A stretch of 64,000 bases of DNA from Laetmonice hystrix (taxonomy: Eukaryota). Under the pieces are notes generated by a model. That model did no database searches. It saw only the letters and a program-made list of their open reading frames with translations, and had not been told where the DNA came from. A program made the translations under genes and the position numbers. Positions 24,962 through 37,973 of this stretch are shown here, in pieces (position 1 is the stretch's first letter; the number at the start of each line of letters is the position of its first letter). The DNA is taken from the NCBI GenBank assembly GCA_965235115.1, contig OZ249436.1, positions 52,764,001-52,828,000 on the forward strand. The letters run 5' to 3'.

Positions 24962-25636
24962 AGAGAAAATCTCCAGGGATATTAGGTGAAAAATTATAAA
25001 GTGACAAAAAAGATCGCGTGCCACAGTAGCTCCTCCCACACACAATACGCAGGGACCAATTAACCGGAATCAGAGCGGCCGCTCCAACAATCTGCCAGAT
25101 TTTTCACACCAAGAGTGGTCATCGACCTTACCAATTCATCTGATGAGTGTGTGGTCCCAAGATATCTGTCATTAGGGAGGCGTAAAAAAGTATGACCGTG
25201 CATAAGACCCACTTCAAACCGAGCAAATCTCTTCTTCTTCGTCTTTTTCTTTTCTTCTTTTTTTTCTCCTTCTTCTTCTTCTTCTTCTTCTTCTTCTTCT
25301 TCTTCTTCTTCTCCTTCTTCTTCTTCTCCTTCTTCTTCTTCTCCTCCTCCTCCTTCTTCTTCTTCTTCTTCTTCTTCTTCTTCTTCTTCTCTTCCGTTTC
25401 TTCTTCTTCATCATCATCATCATCTTCTTCTTCTTCTTCTTCTTCTTCTTCATCATCTTCTTCTTCTTCTTCTCCTCCTTCTTCTTCTTCTTCTTCTTCT
25501 TCTTCTCTTCCGTTTCTTCTTCATCATCATCATCAGCTTCTTCTTCTTCTTCTTCATCATCATCTTCTTCTTCTTCTTCTTCATGAAAGAAAATATTTCA
25601 TTTGTCTATGCTTTGGTAATCTTTTATAATGTTACT
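24962..25636 (+). repeat. Dispersed direct duplication, copy 2, with expanded (CTT/CAT)n tract
   Basis: Matches 21399-21833; the CTT tract spans ~25230-25582 here versus ~21656-21768 in copy 1. Confidence 0.85.
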
Positions 25637-25692
25637 AGGCACTCGGCTGGTGCACGAAGGTACCGTCAAAGATGATAACATACAATGCTTAA

Positions 25693-26032
25693 AGGTGCTA
25701 TTCGTCTCGCACAGAATGGCATTTCTCCTATCATACATTGTGCACATAGTACTAGAAAAAATTCCTACCGATACCATTGGCCTGATAAACCTTCTATTAG
25801 TTTGTGTGCAGCATTTGAAACCTATCTCGGTGCGCACCGAGATAGAGCCATTTCCTATGGTGGGGCGTGCCAGGGTCTCCACAGGCCTTCTGAGAGAGCC
25901 ACATTTGTGCCGTTATCCATGAAAAATTTTGATTTCCTTTGTTGTGAATCTATTTCCATGATAGGTGGGATCACATAAACGTCAACAAAATAAAAAATAA
26001 AAAAATTGAACTTTTTTTCACGAATAGCACCT
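25693..26032. mobile_element. Non-autonomous TTAA-targeting DNA transposon (Kolobok-like)
   Basis: TTAA|AGGTGCTATTCG ... CGAATAGCACCT|TTAA: perfect 12-bp TIR, TTAA TSD, AG...CT termini. Confidence 0.75.
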
Positions 26033-26954
26033 TTAACGCAACTTCGTATCATAGTTTTAGTGAAAACAAATTAGACTAGGGGCCTGATAAGATCAGGATA
26101 TGTAAAACCTCCCAAGCTGTGATCCTGTAGTATTAGAACTGTGGGATATGCGATATGCTGATTTCCGTTCTCTCAAAGTCAGGGGTCATGACCCCTATTA
26201 GATGTGCAATGATTTGAACCCACCTAGCCCCGAAATGCTGACCCCTCAGGTTACGGAGAACCGTATTTTACAAGTCATCCCATGTTGAACATGAAAAGTG
26301 AATGAGACGACTTCAAAAAAATATGTAAATTCCTCATGTACGAAGGAGGATACTAAATCATATTTTATAATTTTTTTAAAATTTCGATTTATAGTAGCTT
26401 TTCCATTTGATGGTAAGGTTTAGTCACATGAAAGCTGACTGGTTTAAACCGAACGTTGACAGATGTGTCTTGTCAACAGGTCAGCGGGTGCACTGTGACG
26501 GGCGGGGTCATGACGGTGCAGACACATACACCAATGGCTTATTTCTCGTGATCTACTTAGAATGATCTAAAGGCAGAAGCCGTCGGCCATGTTACTTGTC
26601 TCTGCCGCCAGCCTTCTCGGTAGTTTTGCGCCACAAACTAACAGACGATAAATCCTTTGGTGTGTGTGTGGTGGTGGTGGGGGGTAGTGGGAACGAGATG
26701 CGTTCGAATGAGCTGATCTCCCGAGAGCGCCCCTCTCCTCTCTGCCGTCTGCGCGTCGACGGATCCAGGGGGTTTGCCAGTGCAAACACATTCTACGCTA
26801 CTGACTTCCCGCTTCCCACTTCTAAGGCTCCTTTTATAACTTGGCCACACACAGCAACAATTTCTCGCCATCACACCGCGAAAATCTTCTATAAGTAACT
26901 TATCATACTGTCAGCGCAACCATTGACGACTTCAAGACACGTCATTGAGGAAAG

Positions 26955-27240
26955 GTTCTTGTGTTGCTTATTCTTGTGTTTCTTCTTCTTGTGTTTCTTC
27001 TTGTTTTTCTTCTTTTTGTGTTTCTTCTTCTTCTGTTTCTTTTTCTTCTGTTTCCTCTCCTGTTTCCGGTGTTTCTTCTTGCTATGTTTCTTCTTGTTGT
27101 GTTTCTTCTTTTTGTGTTTCTTCTTCTGTTTCTTCTTCTTGTGTTTCTTCTTCTGTTTCCGGTGTTTCTTCTTGTGTTTCTTCTTCTTGTGTTTCTTCTT
27201 CTGTTTCTTGTGTTTCTCCACTTCTTCCTCTTCTCCTTCT
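26955..27240. repeat. Low-complexity (TTC)n/TGTGTTTC repeat
   Basis: Direct reading. Confidence 0.92.
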
Positions 27241-29796
27241 TTTAAACGAAGTCCGATCTTGCTAATCCATGTTTTTTTTGTTAAAAAGCGGATACCTCAC
27301 TATTGCCAGGCACTTTTTTTAGAACTTTTGTGTAACCTTCAATATGTGTGTGTGTGTGTGTGGGGGGGGTAATCAAATTGTCCGCAAGTAGTAACCTTTT
27401 ATCATTTGGACATCATCTGGTATGAACAGAGTTTACCACTCTGTTCATACATAGGATCACGTTTTAAGAGCCGCTTATCCTGAATTGCGGCACATGAGCA
27501 CTACCTTCAATATTCTGTGGTACATAATAAATTCAATAAATATTATAGAATTATAAATAGTATACCGTCAGAAATACAGTGGTCATAATGATAAACAAAC
27601 AATGTATCGTACAATATCAATTTCCTGCTGCACTATAATTATGGTCATATTGCACACTATACCAAATATAGTATTTATATAATATTGTCACTAACGAATA
27701 ACGAATTTGTCACTCGTTGATGGATACTCCTTGGACTTCTCAGGGAGTGCCCACACAGTGTCACCACTCAATACCAGGACCTTTAGGGGGGATTACATGC
27801 CACATCTGGCGCTAATCGTGGTGTTATCATTGTAGAGTTTCAACATATCTTGGCGCGTTGGTAATGCCCACCCACCCACCCCAAGATCTGTAAGTGAAGG
27901 GGGCTCAAGTCCCTCAGTATATCAAGTAACTTCAGCTCTCTGTCCTGGGAAAGGGGGGGTGTCACTTTTTAAGTAAGTGGAACTCTGGTAAAACTTTGAC
28001 CATATAACACACCGGAAACTTGGCCATTCGACTGTCTTTAGAAATTACCCGGGCCCGCCGTTCTTGGCTAAACAATCATCTAGATGCCCATGCGATCGTC
28101 ACATCAGATCCTGCTTTTCTGGAAAAGTTCACACTTATTGTAAGTCTGTTATGGATTAGTTTCCAGCCATGTCAAGAACTTTTCTTCTCGCCAGTCCACC
28201 CCCCATATCAGCCCGCCAATAATTCGGCAGGAATTGACCACGGTCGTCAGGACGAAGGGCCCTTTCCGCTGTCGGCGTCCGGCACAAATTGGCAACAAAC
28301 CTTAATGACCCTAGGCGCTAATGAGGCAGACGGGGACACATTAAGTCTGTGAGAAGACTGGCTCCAACGCCGGCGTTTCTCACCTTATAACTGACCTAGG
28401 TGATCAGGAGTTAAGTGAACTACAGACGTGACGTCCAGCTTTTACGTTAAAACGGGCGTCGCCATGTATCAGCAGCGGCGGGAATTCTTATTAAACGGAA
28501 CATCGCCTGGACTAGGCAAGGGGGCAACGGGTGTAGTTTTGCAGGTACCCTTGTCGGGCCAGTTAGTCATACCATGCAGGAAGAAAACTATAATGAACTT
28601 TGAAAAGCTGAAAAAAAACTTTGAGTGAATTTTAAATTATGTTCTTTGAGCGGACTGGAACTGGTTCAAGCATACAACTTGAGGTCAGTGAGATGGAATA
28701 TACTTATCAAAAAGTCGGTATCGCACGAATTTCAAATCATACGTGGCGTTTCATAAAAAAGATATGTCTGCATTGCGGTTCTCCGATATAAATCAAAGCT
28801 CCCCACCTTTCTTGGCAGGTATTATGTAAAATAAATGCTAAAAGTCGCGAAATCTTAATTCAGTCACTGAAAATGACCTGCTTGGCTTCCGAGACCCTCG
28901 AAGTTGTTTTCATATTCCTACGCACACGGATATGCAAATTATGGTCTGTGCAAATTAGAAGCTCTTCTCTTAGTATTTGCAATATATAGATGTTCGATTC
29001 GTACTAGCGAAAATAGATTTGGAATATTGTCAGAATAATTCTCAGAAAAATTTCGAATATTTTTTTCACGAATTCTGAAACTACATTCGTTGCGGACTGG
29101 TACCGAAGGTGTGCTCTACACCACAACGTTCCCCATCCATTGATACCAAAAATATAACGTAACTGCTACGGGTGACTAAGCAGGAATTGTTTAAAAGACA
29201 CTGTGTTTACCACGACTTCGTGTTCGATTAGTTTTGCTGATGGTTTCAAAATAATATATTAAAAACAAAATTATTCTGTTAAGTAACATAATTTGCAAAG
29301 TTACAGCATCCTGATAATTATTCAAAAACCAATAAAATTCATCGGGCGAACCAATAAATTTCATTGGCTGGTAAAGTCAATGCCAGATCAGCTATTTTGT
29401 CAACAACCATCCATAAGACGATCGCCTCATAGCAACAACAGGCGACTGGAATGTTGAATTTCTTTAATTTCTCCATTTCTATGGGGGAACATTTATTGAT
29501 ATACGTGGTCTGAGGCATTATCTAACCTAACAACCCATGTCTTCATTTTGGAGTCATTGAAATAAGAGATAGTCGTGGTTTTTTTTAAGAAAACTGAATA
29601 TGACTGCATTCTTCAGCGCCGTGCAATGGATTTCGTAGCGGCGCCCGTTTTGAACTTTGACGCTCTCCGCTAGATTTCCAGTTGTAAGTACCTTACCGTA
29701 GTTTATGCGGGCGTTTTCAGTGAATGTTAATTGGACAGATCGCACTCATTGCATCCTTTAAATTTACATAACATCTTGATACCCATCCCTTTAGTA

Positions 29797-30033
29797 CGGA
29801 GCCCTGTTAGGGACATGAAGAGAACAAATTTTGTAGTGATCTCGAAATTACCACTTAGTAACGTCATTAACTCGTTATTACGACTCAATGACGTCACTAA
29901 GCGGTAATTTCGAGATTACCACCAAAAAAATTCTCTGAAACGAACGCGATTAACTCGTAATAACGACTTAGTGACGTTATTAAGTCGTAATAAGTCGTAA
30001 TAATCTCTTCATGTCCCCAACAGGGACTCGCCG
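29797..30033. mobile_element. MITE with TA target site (Tc1/mariner-type); truncated relative at ~58082-58215
   Basis: TA|CGGAGCCCTGTTAGGGACATGAAGAGA ... TCTCTTCATGTCCCCAACAGGGACTCGCCG|TA; palindromic interior. Confidence 0.8.
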
Positions 30034-30704
30034 TACAATATACTTGCCCTGCTGCTTATAAAAATGATTATGTTTCAGTTATTAGTAAGGTAGCTGCTGC
30101 TGTTTGTCTATTTCATTCAGTCAACACCGGTTTACTAGTCATCACCTATTCCCCTTTTCTAAGAGATAATCCAATTTCGAGTGCGGTTTACTATTGATTG
30201 CTCTCGAGTTCCGATTCCCGAAGCGATCATGGTTTGCACGAGGTGCCTCTGTCTTTGTTTTGTGTTCTGTGATTGTTTTCTCGCATAGTGACCTCAATGT
30301 GGTCAGCTCAAAAAGTCTGTTACAGACTTTAGTTTTCTACGGTTGGAAGAACGTTCAAAATCCATGTAGGCCTACATTGCAACTTAAGTGTTGGAGTCCT
30401 GTTGAGAGCCAACAATAAAATATACCGAAATGGTCTCTATACTGTAATCCAAATATACTGATTTGATACTTTATTCAGGGGCGGATCCACTGGAGCGGAG
30501 GAGGAGAGGGTTGTTAGATTAATACGCCTCCCCAGCTGACTTGCTAAAATTAAAACTTTCTGTTGAAAAAGTCCCTACACCAAAGTGCTGCAGTGCACCA
30601 GCAGCGTAACGTAGATAACATAACCCCCTCCCCCCATTGCAAAATCCTGGAACCGCCCCTCCTATTTCCCTCGCTTCGTGAGAACCCAGACCCAGAAATT
30701 AATC

Positions 30705-30963
30705 ATGAAAGCTGGCTCGCTATTGGACAGCGGTGAACTCCCATGATGCCGTGCGAGAAGACGCGTGGTGGCCGCCAGTATTACTACTGCTGGCCACCCA
30801 CACCTCTCACAGTTGTAAGAACGCGTGTATAAGCTTTCATATCACGTGAACAGGAAGGGCAGGTATAGACTTCACTCATGTATTACACCTAACACACAAC
30901 CTTCACACTGCGGCTTATACTAGCTCATCAGAGATAACAACAAAAGCGGGTTAAGAAAAGAAG
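30705..30963 (+). promoter_or_regulatory. Putative promoter and non-coding first exon of paralog 3
   Basis: ATTGG (CCAAT) at ~30722, AACTCCCATGATGC, TCACGTGA; donor AAG|gtaagg at 30963/30964; acceptor ttttttcag-type at ~33341 upstream of the ATG; mirrored upstream of paralog 2. Confidence 0.7.
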
Positions 30964-31074
30964 GTAAGGGTATTTTATTAACTTTTATTTTATTGACACT
31001 CTATAATAGGACTGGCAGAGAGTGTTTTTTCGTGGCTTCAAATTTTTATAGTGAAGCATGAGCTAATGACAGAA

Positions 31075-31134
<60 letters not shown>

Positions 31135-32082
31135 TTTCTCTCTCTATCTATCTATCCATCTATCTATGCACTCTTTTGGTACGTTTTATCTTAGGGAAGG
31201 AGCGAGACAGAGCGACAGAGATAGAGAAACGGAGAGAGAGACAGAGAGAGAGAGAGAATTATTTCTTATATTTGACGTAGGCTTAGTACATATTCGTGGA
31301 ATATCCTTGATATAGATACAAGTAGGTAATGTTGAAAGGACAGTAATGGTGATAAACGTACTGTGGATCCTTCCAAATAGTAAGTTGCTGGCCTCCCCAT
31401 TAATTCCCAGCCGATTAGCACTAACAAATCATCAAACTTACAAACGAGCATTAACGACTGATTATAAAGCAGTCCTATTAACACGATATATGTTGTATAA
31501 TTACATATAAACTTAAACTCCACCATGAGGCGTATGGTGCGCCGATTCCTGCCGGGACTTTCAGTCACTGTAATCATGCAATATGCCAGGACTCGATATT
31601 TTGAAGTTATTTGAGATCTGTTGATCTGCTGACCAGATCTCCACTCTCTGCCAGCATCCTCACGACATTCCGGGATAGAAGATACGAAGCTTGTGTCTAA
31701 AATAATCCAGTGTCAATGCTAGTCACACCTTCATTTAGTCATTTAATTTTTGTTTCTGTTTATCAGCAGATATTAAGCCGTCAATATATTAGATAAGCAT
31801 AGAGCCTAAATGTTGATCGACCATTTTCTCATATCTAAAAATATTGAATCGCATCCGTTTCAAGCCTTCTCATTTTAATCTGTTCTATATCTAAGCCAAG
31901 TAAGGCTTGGTATATATTTAATAATATAGTTTGGTTCCGTTTGCTGCATGAGTGATGCAAGGGTAACTACCCCTACAGGTGCATGGGGTGTTGCGGGAGA
32001 ACGGGGAAGGGCCGGGGGAGATTGGAACAAACGAACCCGTATTAGTTACACTGATAGTCGAGTTCTCACTGATATACTGAGT

Positions 32083-32636
32083 GGCCTCTAAAACACGTAA
32101 CGGCGTACTTCAGCCATATCAGCATCTAAACCATTGATCTGAATGGGAATTTTGTTTGAAGGAGAATGACTCCAACAACTCCTGATTCGGTTGAGTGGTT
32201 TTGAGAGCCATTTTAATGAAGCAAAGTAATGGCTATTTGACCTTGGACGATTGAAATAGACATGACCATGATCCATGTCAGGCCTAACGAATTGTTCGAT
32301 GACACCAAAGGGATTCAGTATGATGACGTGCTGGAGAAAGAGGTGTTGTGGGATTGTGCTAGAATGATTAGGTAGACAGTTGGGCCGGATGGGCTGGGCC
32401 TCAGTACACCACGGAGGAAAGAACATTTATGCTTGTCACCTAAACCGAAAACAGAAAACCGGACAGAGACAGTAAGTAAAGCGTCCAGACTTTGCTCCAC
32501 AAAAATGGCTCTAGAATACAAACCGCTCAAACGAATCAAGAGTTCTTGGTGTCAGTCTCCTTCTAACAAAATTCCCTATCCATCTCTATCAATGGTTCCT
32601 CATTATGGCAGACTTATGCCGTTACGTTTTGGGGCC
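32083..32636. mobile_element. Old MITE-like element with long imperfect inverted arms
   Basis: GGCCTCTAAAACACGTAACGGCGTA.. versus ..TATGCCGTTACGTTTTGGGGCC; 32147-32214 is inverted at ~32501-32575. Confidence 0.55.
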
Positions 32637-33427
32637 ATCCTGTAGGCCGATTAGTCATAATCTAATTTGGGAAAGGTATATGGAAGTTTGATAGGGTAGG
32701 GTAGATTTATCCCGCGCTAGGGTGGCCTATATGTCTCCTATCATTTGAGGCAACTCCAAAATCTCTGTTGAGGGGGGGGGGGGCGCGGCGTTACCATGAG
32801 ATTTCTCGTAGCTGCAATGGATTTCGGTCAATTATGCACACAAAATCGGGCAATCGATTGCCAAGAAATCTAAGAATTAGGGAAAGTCTTGCGTGTCAGG
32901 CCAAATTTTTGAGGAGTAAACCTGTAGAAACTCGGGTAGTCGGGCAGTGGGAACGTGGAATCAGTAGGTGCGAATTTCTGATCGTGCGACTGGCGATCGG
33001 AAAGCGACAGTGTGTCACATGATACCGGCTGAAGATGGCGTCGGATAGGATTTCCTGCCATGTTTTGTCGCAGGAAATCTTGCAGTGTGCATGCGCATTC
33101 CGGAAGGGCACTTGGCCCTGGCGTCCAAATTCGGGCAGTCTGTTGCCTAGAAATCCGGAATGAAAAAAATCGGGAGAGTCTGGTTTGTCAGACTTTGGCC
33201 GATTTTCTGAGACCCGTTTTTCCGAATTTCGAGAAGTTCATCGACACCGAATTTCGTAGAGGGACCCCGCATCGGAACGTTTGATATATATTCCCCACTT
33301 AAAATTGACATGACTTGTGACTGTGTGATGTTATTTTTCAGTGTAGACGCACTCGTACATTCACACCATCTGCCTCAGGATTTGCCTACGTACTGCGGAG
33401 AGACAGAGCTCCAAGCAAACATCCGTC

Positions 33428-34338
33428 ATGAAGATGTTGACCTTGTGTTTGTGGCTCGTGTTGGTGGTCGTACTCACGGACGCTGCACCCGACCGTGCAC
33501 CTCCCCCGTCGGTACGTTTACGCCGTCTAGAGCCGCGTCCGCACAGTCCGCAAGCGACGTGCGCGACGTACGCGAAAATGTCGCTCGTGTCGTACGCGAC
33601 GTATATAATAGTATGAAGGAGCCTTACCGTTGTAGCCCTCCCTGCATTATGTATTAACTTATACCACACGGATGTGTTCGTGGGAAAGATTATTATACTA
33701 CCCCAAGGATAAGACCGCTGAATTTGAAGTGAACCCACATTGTTTTTACAGTTTACAACAAGTCCTCTGTTGCCCGGTACCGTCATCGAATTTGAACTGA
33801 ACCCACATTGTTTTTACAGTTTACAACAAGTCCTCTGTTGCCCGGTACCGTCATCGAATTTGAACTGAACCCACATTGTTTTTACAGTTTACAACAAGTC
33901 CTCTGTTGCCCGGTACCGTCATCGAATTTGAACTGAACCCACATTGTTTTTACAGTTTACAACAAGTCCTCTGTTGCCCGGTACCGTCATCAGAATGCCA
34001 TCTCAAGAAGCCGTCACAGACCCCAACTGTTGGGTGGAAATGTCATTCGTAAGTTTCATCAAATTTTTTTCTTAAAGATACACAAAGAGAACCTATATAC
34101 ATACAAAATAAGCCAGTTCCTACCCATCGTGTGTCTATAAGATACGTTCGCAAAATTGCCGCCATCAATTTTGAGAAAAAAATATGCGTAAATCTATACA
34201 TGTATTATAAAGATCTTCGGGGTGTGTTTTCAGCCTACAATGGTTGGTGGGAAATGCCGACGTGTACGAGGCGGAACGCCATACTGTGCTGTACGTGACT
34301 ACCTCTACATGAATCATCCAGACTGCCAAGACAAGTAA
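33428..34338 (+). CDS. Secreted 4-Cys-domain protein, paralog 3 (93 aa); coding exons 33428-33511, 33956-34048, 34234-34338
   Basis: MKMLTLCLWLVLVVVLTDAAPDRAPPPS / FTTSPLLPGTVIRMPSQEAVTDPNCWVEMSF / PTMVGGKCRRVRGGTPYCAVRDYLYMNHPDCQDK*; same intron phases and donors as paralog 2. Confidence 0.9.
33720..33991 (+). repeat. 68-bp tandem repeat (4 copies) containing the exon-2 acceptor of paralog 3
   Basis: TTTTTACAG|TTTACAACA with exon-like starts at 33752, 33820, 33888, 33956. Confidence 0.95.
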
Positions 34339-36505
34339 TTGGCCTCAGGTGCACAAACATCAACTACGTCACCGCTTTCTGTGCTCTTCGGCCGCTTTAC
34401 GTCGGCATTATTCTTCCTATGTGAAATCGTAAATGAGCAAGATTTTACTTTATAGAAAGCTACCCATAAACTGGCGCTGCTTGTGCAATAACCAAAGTTA
34501 AGAGTCGTGCATCTCACGATGACGCTTCCAAAGAGCAAAAACTTCCCGGAAAGAAATTTACTCAATCCCTTTTTGACATAATTTCTAAGCAATTCAACGT
34601 TAAAACGTGTTTTCCTTGAATAATTATCGCATTCGATTTGATAGTTCAGTCGGCGCCGTCGCCGACTGCCCAGCGCTCGCAGTCGGCGACGTCGCACGTC
34701 GCTGAGATCGCCCGGTGATGTACCAGACCCTAAAAATATACGTCGCCACACTGGTTCATAGTCACAAAGACCAGTCGGTAACTAGATAATGGTTCGGCCT
34801 GTAGGGCATGTTTTGCACCATATAATTATGTATGCACTGAGCTCTGTGCATTTAGCATCGTTTATTGAACTGATACCGGGTATATATTTCCTGTCTGGGT
34901 AAAATGTACAGAAATGTGTGAGAACATTGGAGAGCCAGTTTTTTGTGTGAAGTATTTACTTATAGTTAGCGGTGGATGTATACGTTTGTCATGGTCCTAG
35001 ATCCGTCAAGTTCTATGGGTAGACGAGCCATTATACAAGGTGTTAAATAGGTAGCAATAGGTAATATCTCCTTGAAAGTGGTTAGATTGTATTCAATAGG
35101 TCAAATTATCACATTAAATGGAAAGTAGAAATGAAACTTATCAGCTATGTATGGGAACATTTTCATTTCTACTATGACAGAAAGGGCGGATCCAGAAGAG
35201 ATAGTCTAGAGGACTCAAAAGTACTTATCAATAGGCAAACGCTCAACGAGACACAACCATTGTTGTGTTAAGCCTATTTATACTGGATGGTCGGTCACGT
35301 GCCCTCTTGCCTTTCATTCGGATGCGCGCCTGCAGTGTCCCTTTAAGGACCCGATCCATTGATTAAAGGGGGAACTTGCACTTTACTATAGACAAGTTTT
35401 AGAACACTCTGTGTAATGGGGTGCCTGGTAATATTGTGCTCATTATACCAGCGTTATTTAACATATATATGTGTAACTACTGCTTGACATGGCATATCAT
35501 AATGTCAATCTCAGTTCTGGGAATGAAGTATAAGGCAGCTAACACTGATGAAGATGTGTACATTATTTGCAGCCTCCCGGATTGCTTAGCATAGGCCCTT
35601 TTTGTAACCTTACCTTGCCTGTATCTGTCTTCAAATCATATGGTGTGTTTCAAACATGGAAACCGGGAATGGGGGATTACCCGAAATACTGAATAGTGAG
35701 AAAAAACGGCAACCGGTGCTTTTGCATAATAAATGTTTCAATATTTCCCTCCAACAGTTTGATAAAGACTGTTCGGTTACTATCAGCGATGACTGACCAG
35801 CAGTTGTTTCTGTATGCCTTTGTGCTCCTTTTATACATTTCGAAAACCTTATTTCATTGTCACTAACCTAATGAATGGATTGAAAGACAATAGAAACATG
35901 GAACAATATGAGTTACCGAGGTTCTAGCTCAGTGTGTATTCATGGGGTCATCCTACCTGGGGCACTCGGTCAAAGGAAAAGTTGTCCAAGTTACGAATGC
36001 TGAAATGCTGAATATTGGACGTACATGCTCAGCGACAAATGCTTCCTTACGGTCATTTGTTTTAGGTATTCTGCGATTGTCAAATAATTTCCCGTTTCCT
36101 CTTTTTAAAGCACCCTCAATATTTGGACTAGGCGGCCTAATATAACTCAAGGTGCAATAAAATGTTAATGTACTTGTAGTATGATTCTCAGTATGCTTTC
36201 AGCAATAGAACTTTAGATGGAATATAATGTGTTTGTAGTATGATCATCAATTTGATGAATTGTTCTATTTATGTAGTTAGAGACCGAACGAACGGCACAC
36301 CTGTTTCGACACAATGAGGACAATGCCTGAGGACATTCGTTTTAAACTCTACCAATGATAATGGTTGCTCAGTATTGTACAGGTTTAACAGGCTGTATTA
36401 AAGTCAATTTCACACTTGCTTATTTTGTTTACTATGCGTTTACTTTAATCTTTAAAAAGAAGCGCTCGAAGCGATACGGTGCAGTTATGAGACGCGCCTA
36501 CCTTA

Positions 36506-37436
36506 AGGCCCGGTCCCACTGGCGTTTAGGAAGATTTGCGTATGAATTGCGCACAAAATTGGTTAATATTCGCTAAACATCCGCAATATTCGTGAAACAT
36601 GCTTGTATGAGTCGGCCGACATCCTCACACGTCCGCATTTATCCGCAGAGGCACGTTTTTCCGTTGCCAGGATCTTTGAGCTGCACAAAATTTTGGTTGC
36701 GGATGACATCCGCCTTACACACGCAATACATATACACAATACATGTGCATACTCAATACATACTCAATCTATGCGCTGTATATCCGCTGATATCCGCAAC
36801 TGACGGGGTATTGCGGCTTGGCAGCGGACTGGGACAGTGTGTAAAACGAATATATAGCGTGCCTATCACGTCCACATCACGAACTTAAATAATTTGTAGC
36901 GAATGCATATAGATTGGCCACGAATAAAGCGTTTGTATTACGCCTGCTTTGCATCTGATTTGGGAACAATTTGCGAATGCATACAAACACTTCACGTAAA
37001 CCCAAAGTACTATATAAATGTACTATATAAATGCCGAAAGGCCTGAGTGATGACCGCAATGCAGATGCCGCGCATGCGCAATACAACCGATGTTTCCGCA
37101 ACACGTGCGCAATGCATTCTCAATACATCCGTAATACTTTCGTGACAATCGCAATGCGTCCGATCCGTTTCCTCAATACATGTACATCCGTGATTGTTCG
37201 TTACATGTATATCCGCAATGTTCGCAATACATTCGACAACATTTACCGGTTGTATCCCTCATGGGAGAGCATCCGCAATCGCATTCGCTTATTATTCGCT
37301 ATACATTATTAATATATCCGTAATTCATACTGAGAAATTTGTCAATTTTGGCCAATTTTTTTGCGGACAACGAACGCCCAAAATTTCTATACTCAATTCA
37401 TGCGCAATTAATCCTCTCCCCAGTAGGACCGGGCCT
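36506..37436. mobile_element. PIF/Harbinger-type non-autonomous element
   Basis: TTA|AGGCCCGGTCCCACTGG ... CCAGTAGGACCGGGCCT|TTA: TIR with one mismatch and 3-bp TTA TSD. Confidence 0.85.
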
Positions 37437-37973
37437 TTAGGTTCAAAACTGGCCAAATGACCAGTTCCTTACATCGCCCTTGCCTGCAACTTACTTCTAT
37501 TAGCTGTCTACCAACTTTTGGTTATTTATGTTATTTCCCCTTAATCTAATTGCTTCATTTATGGTTCAAACTTATATATATTTTTCTGGGGAGGGGTGCG
37601 CAAAATAGAGTAGGAAAGATCAGTGCATAACGCGGGTGGGGTCGTGTGAAATCTGAGAATAATAATGCATAAAGTCTAAAACCGATTTTTGTCATAATAT
37701 TTTTTATTGATAACTCAAAACCAAAAGTTCTTTGCAGAAAAACGAAAAAAAAGACCACATTTTATTTACAGAAATAGAAGCGCCCATGTCTATGTTGTGT
37801 TACTCTGACACATATCGCAGTTCTTGGCGTACACTCATTTTTTCTTAGTTCAGACAACAACAAATTATGCGACATCATTGGCAATAGCCTACATTCGCAA
37901 GTCTGTGGCGGGTCGGTTCTACTTGAACCATATCACAAGCGGTGCCCTCTTGGCGCATTTTGTTTCCTTCCTT

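Noticed and set aside
22285..27372. ORFs rich in SL, RE, F, K or R
   Set aside because: Translations of (CT)n and (CTT)n microsatellites.
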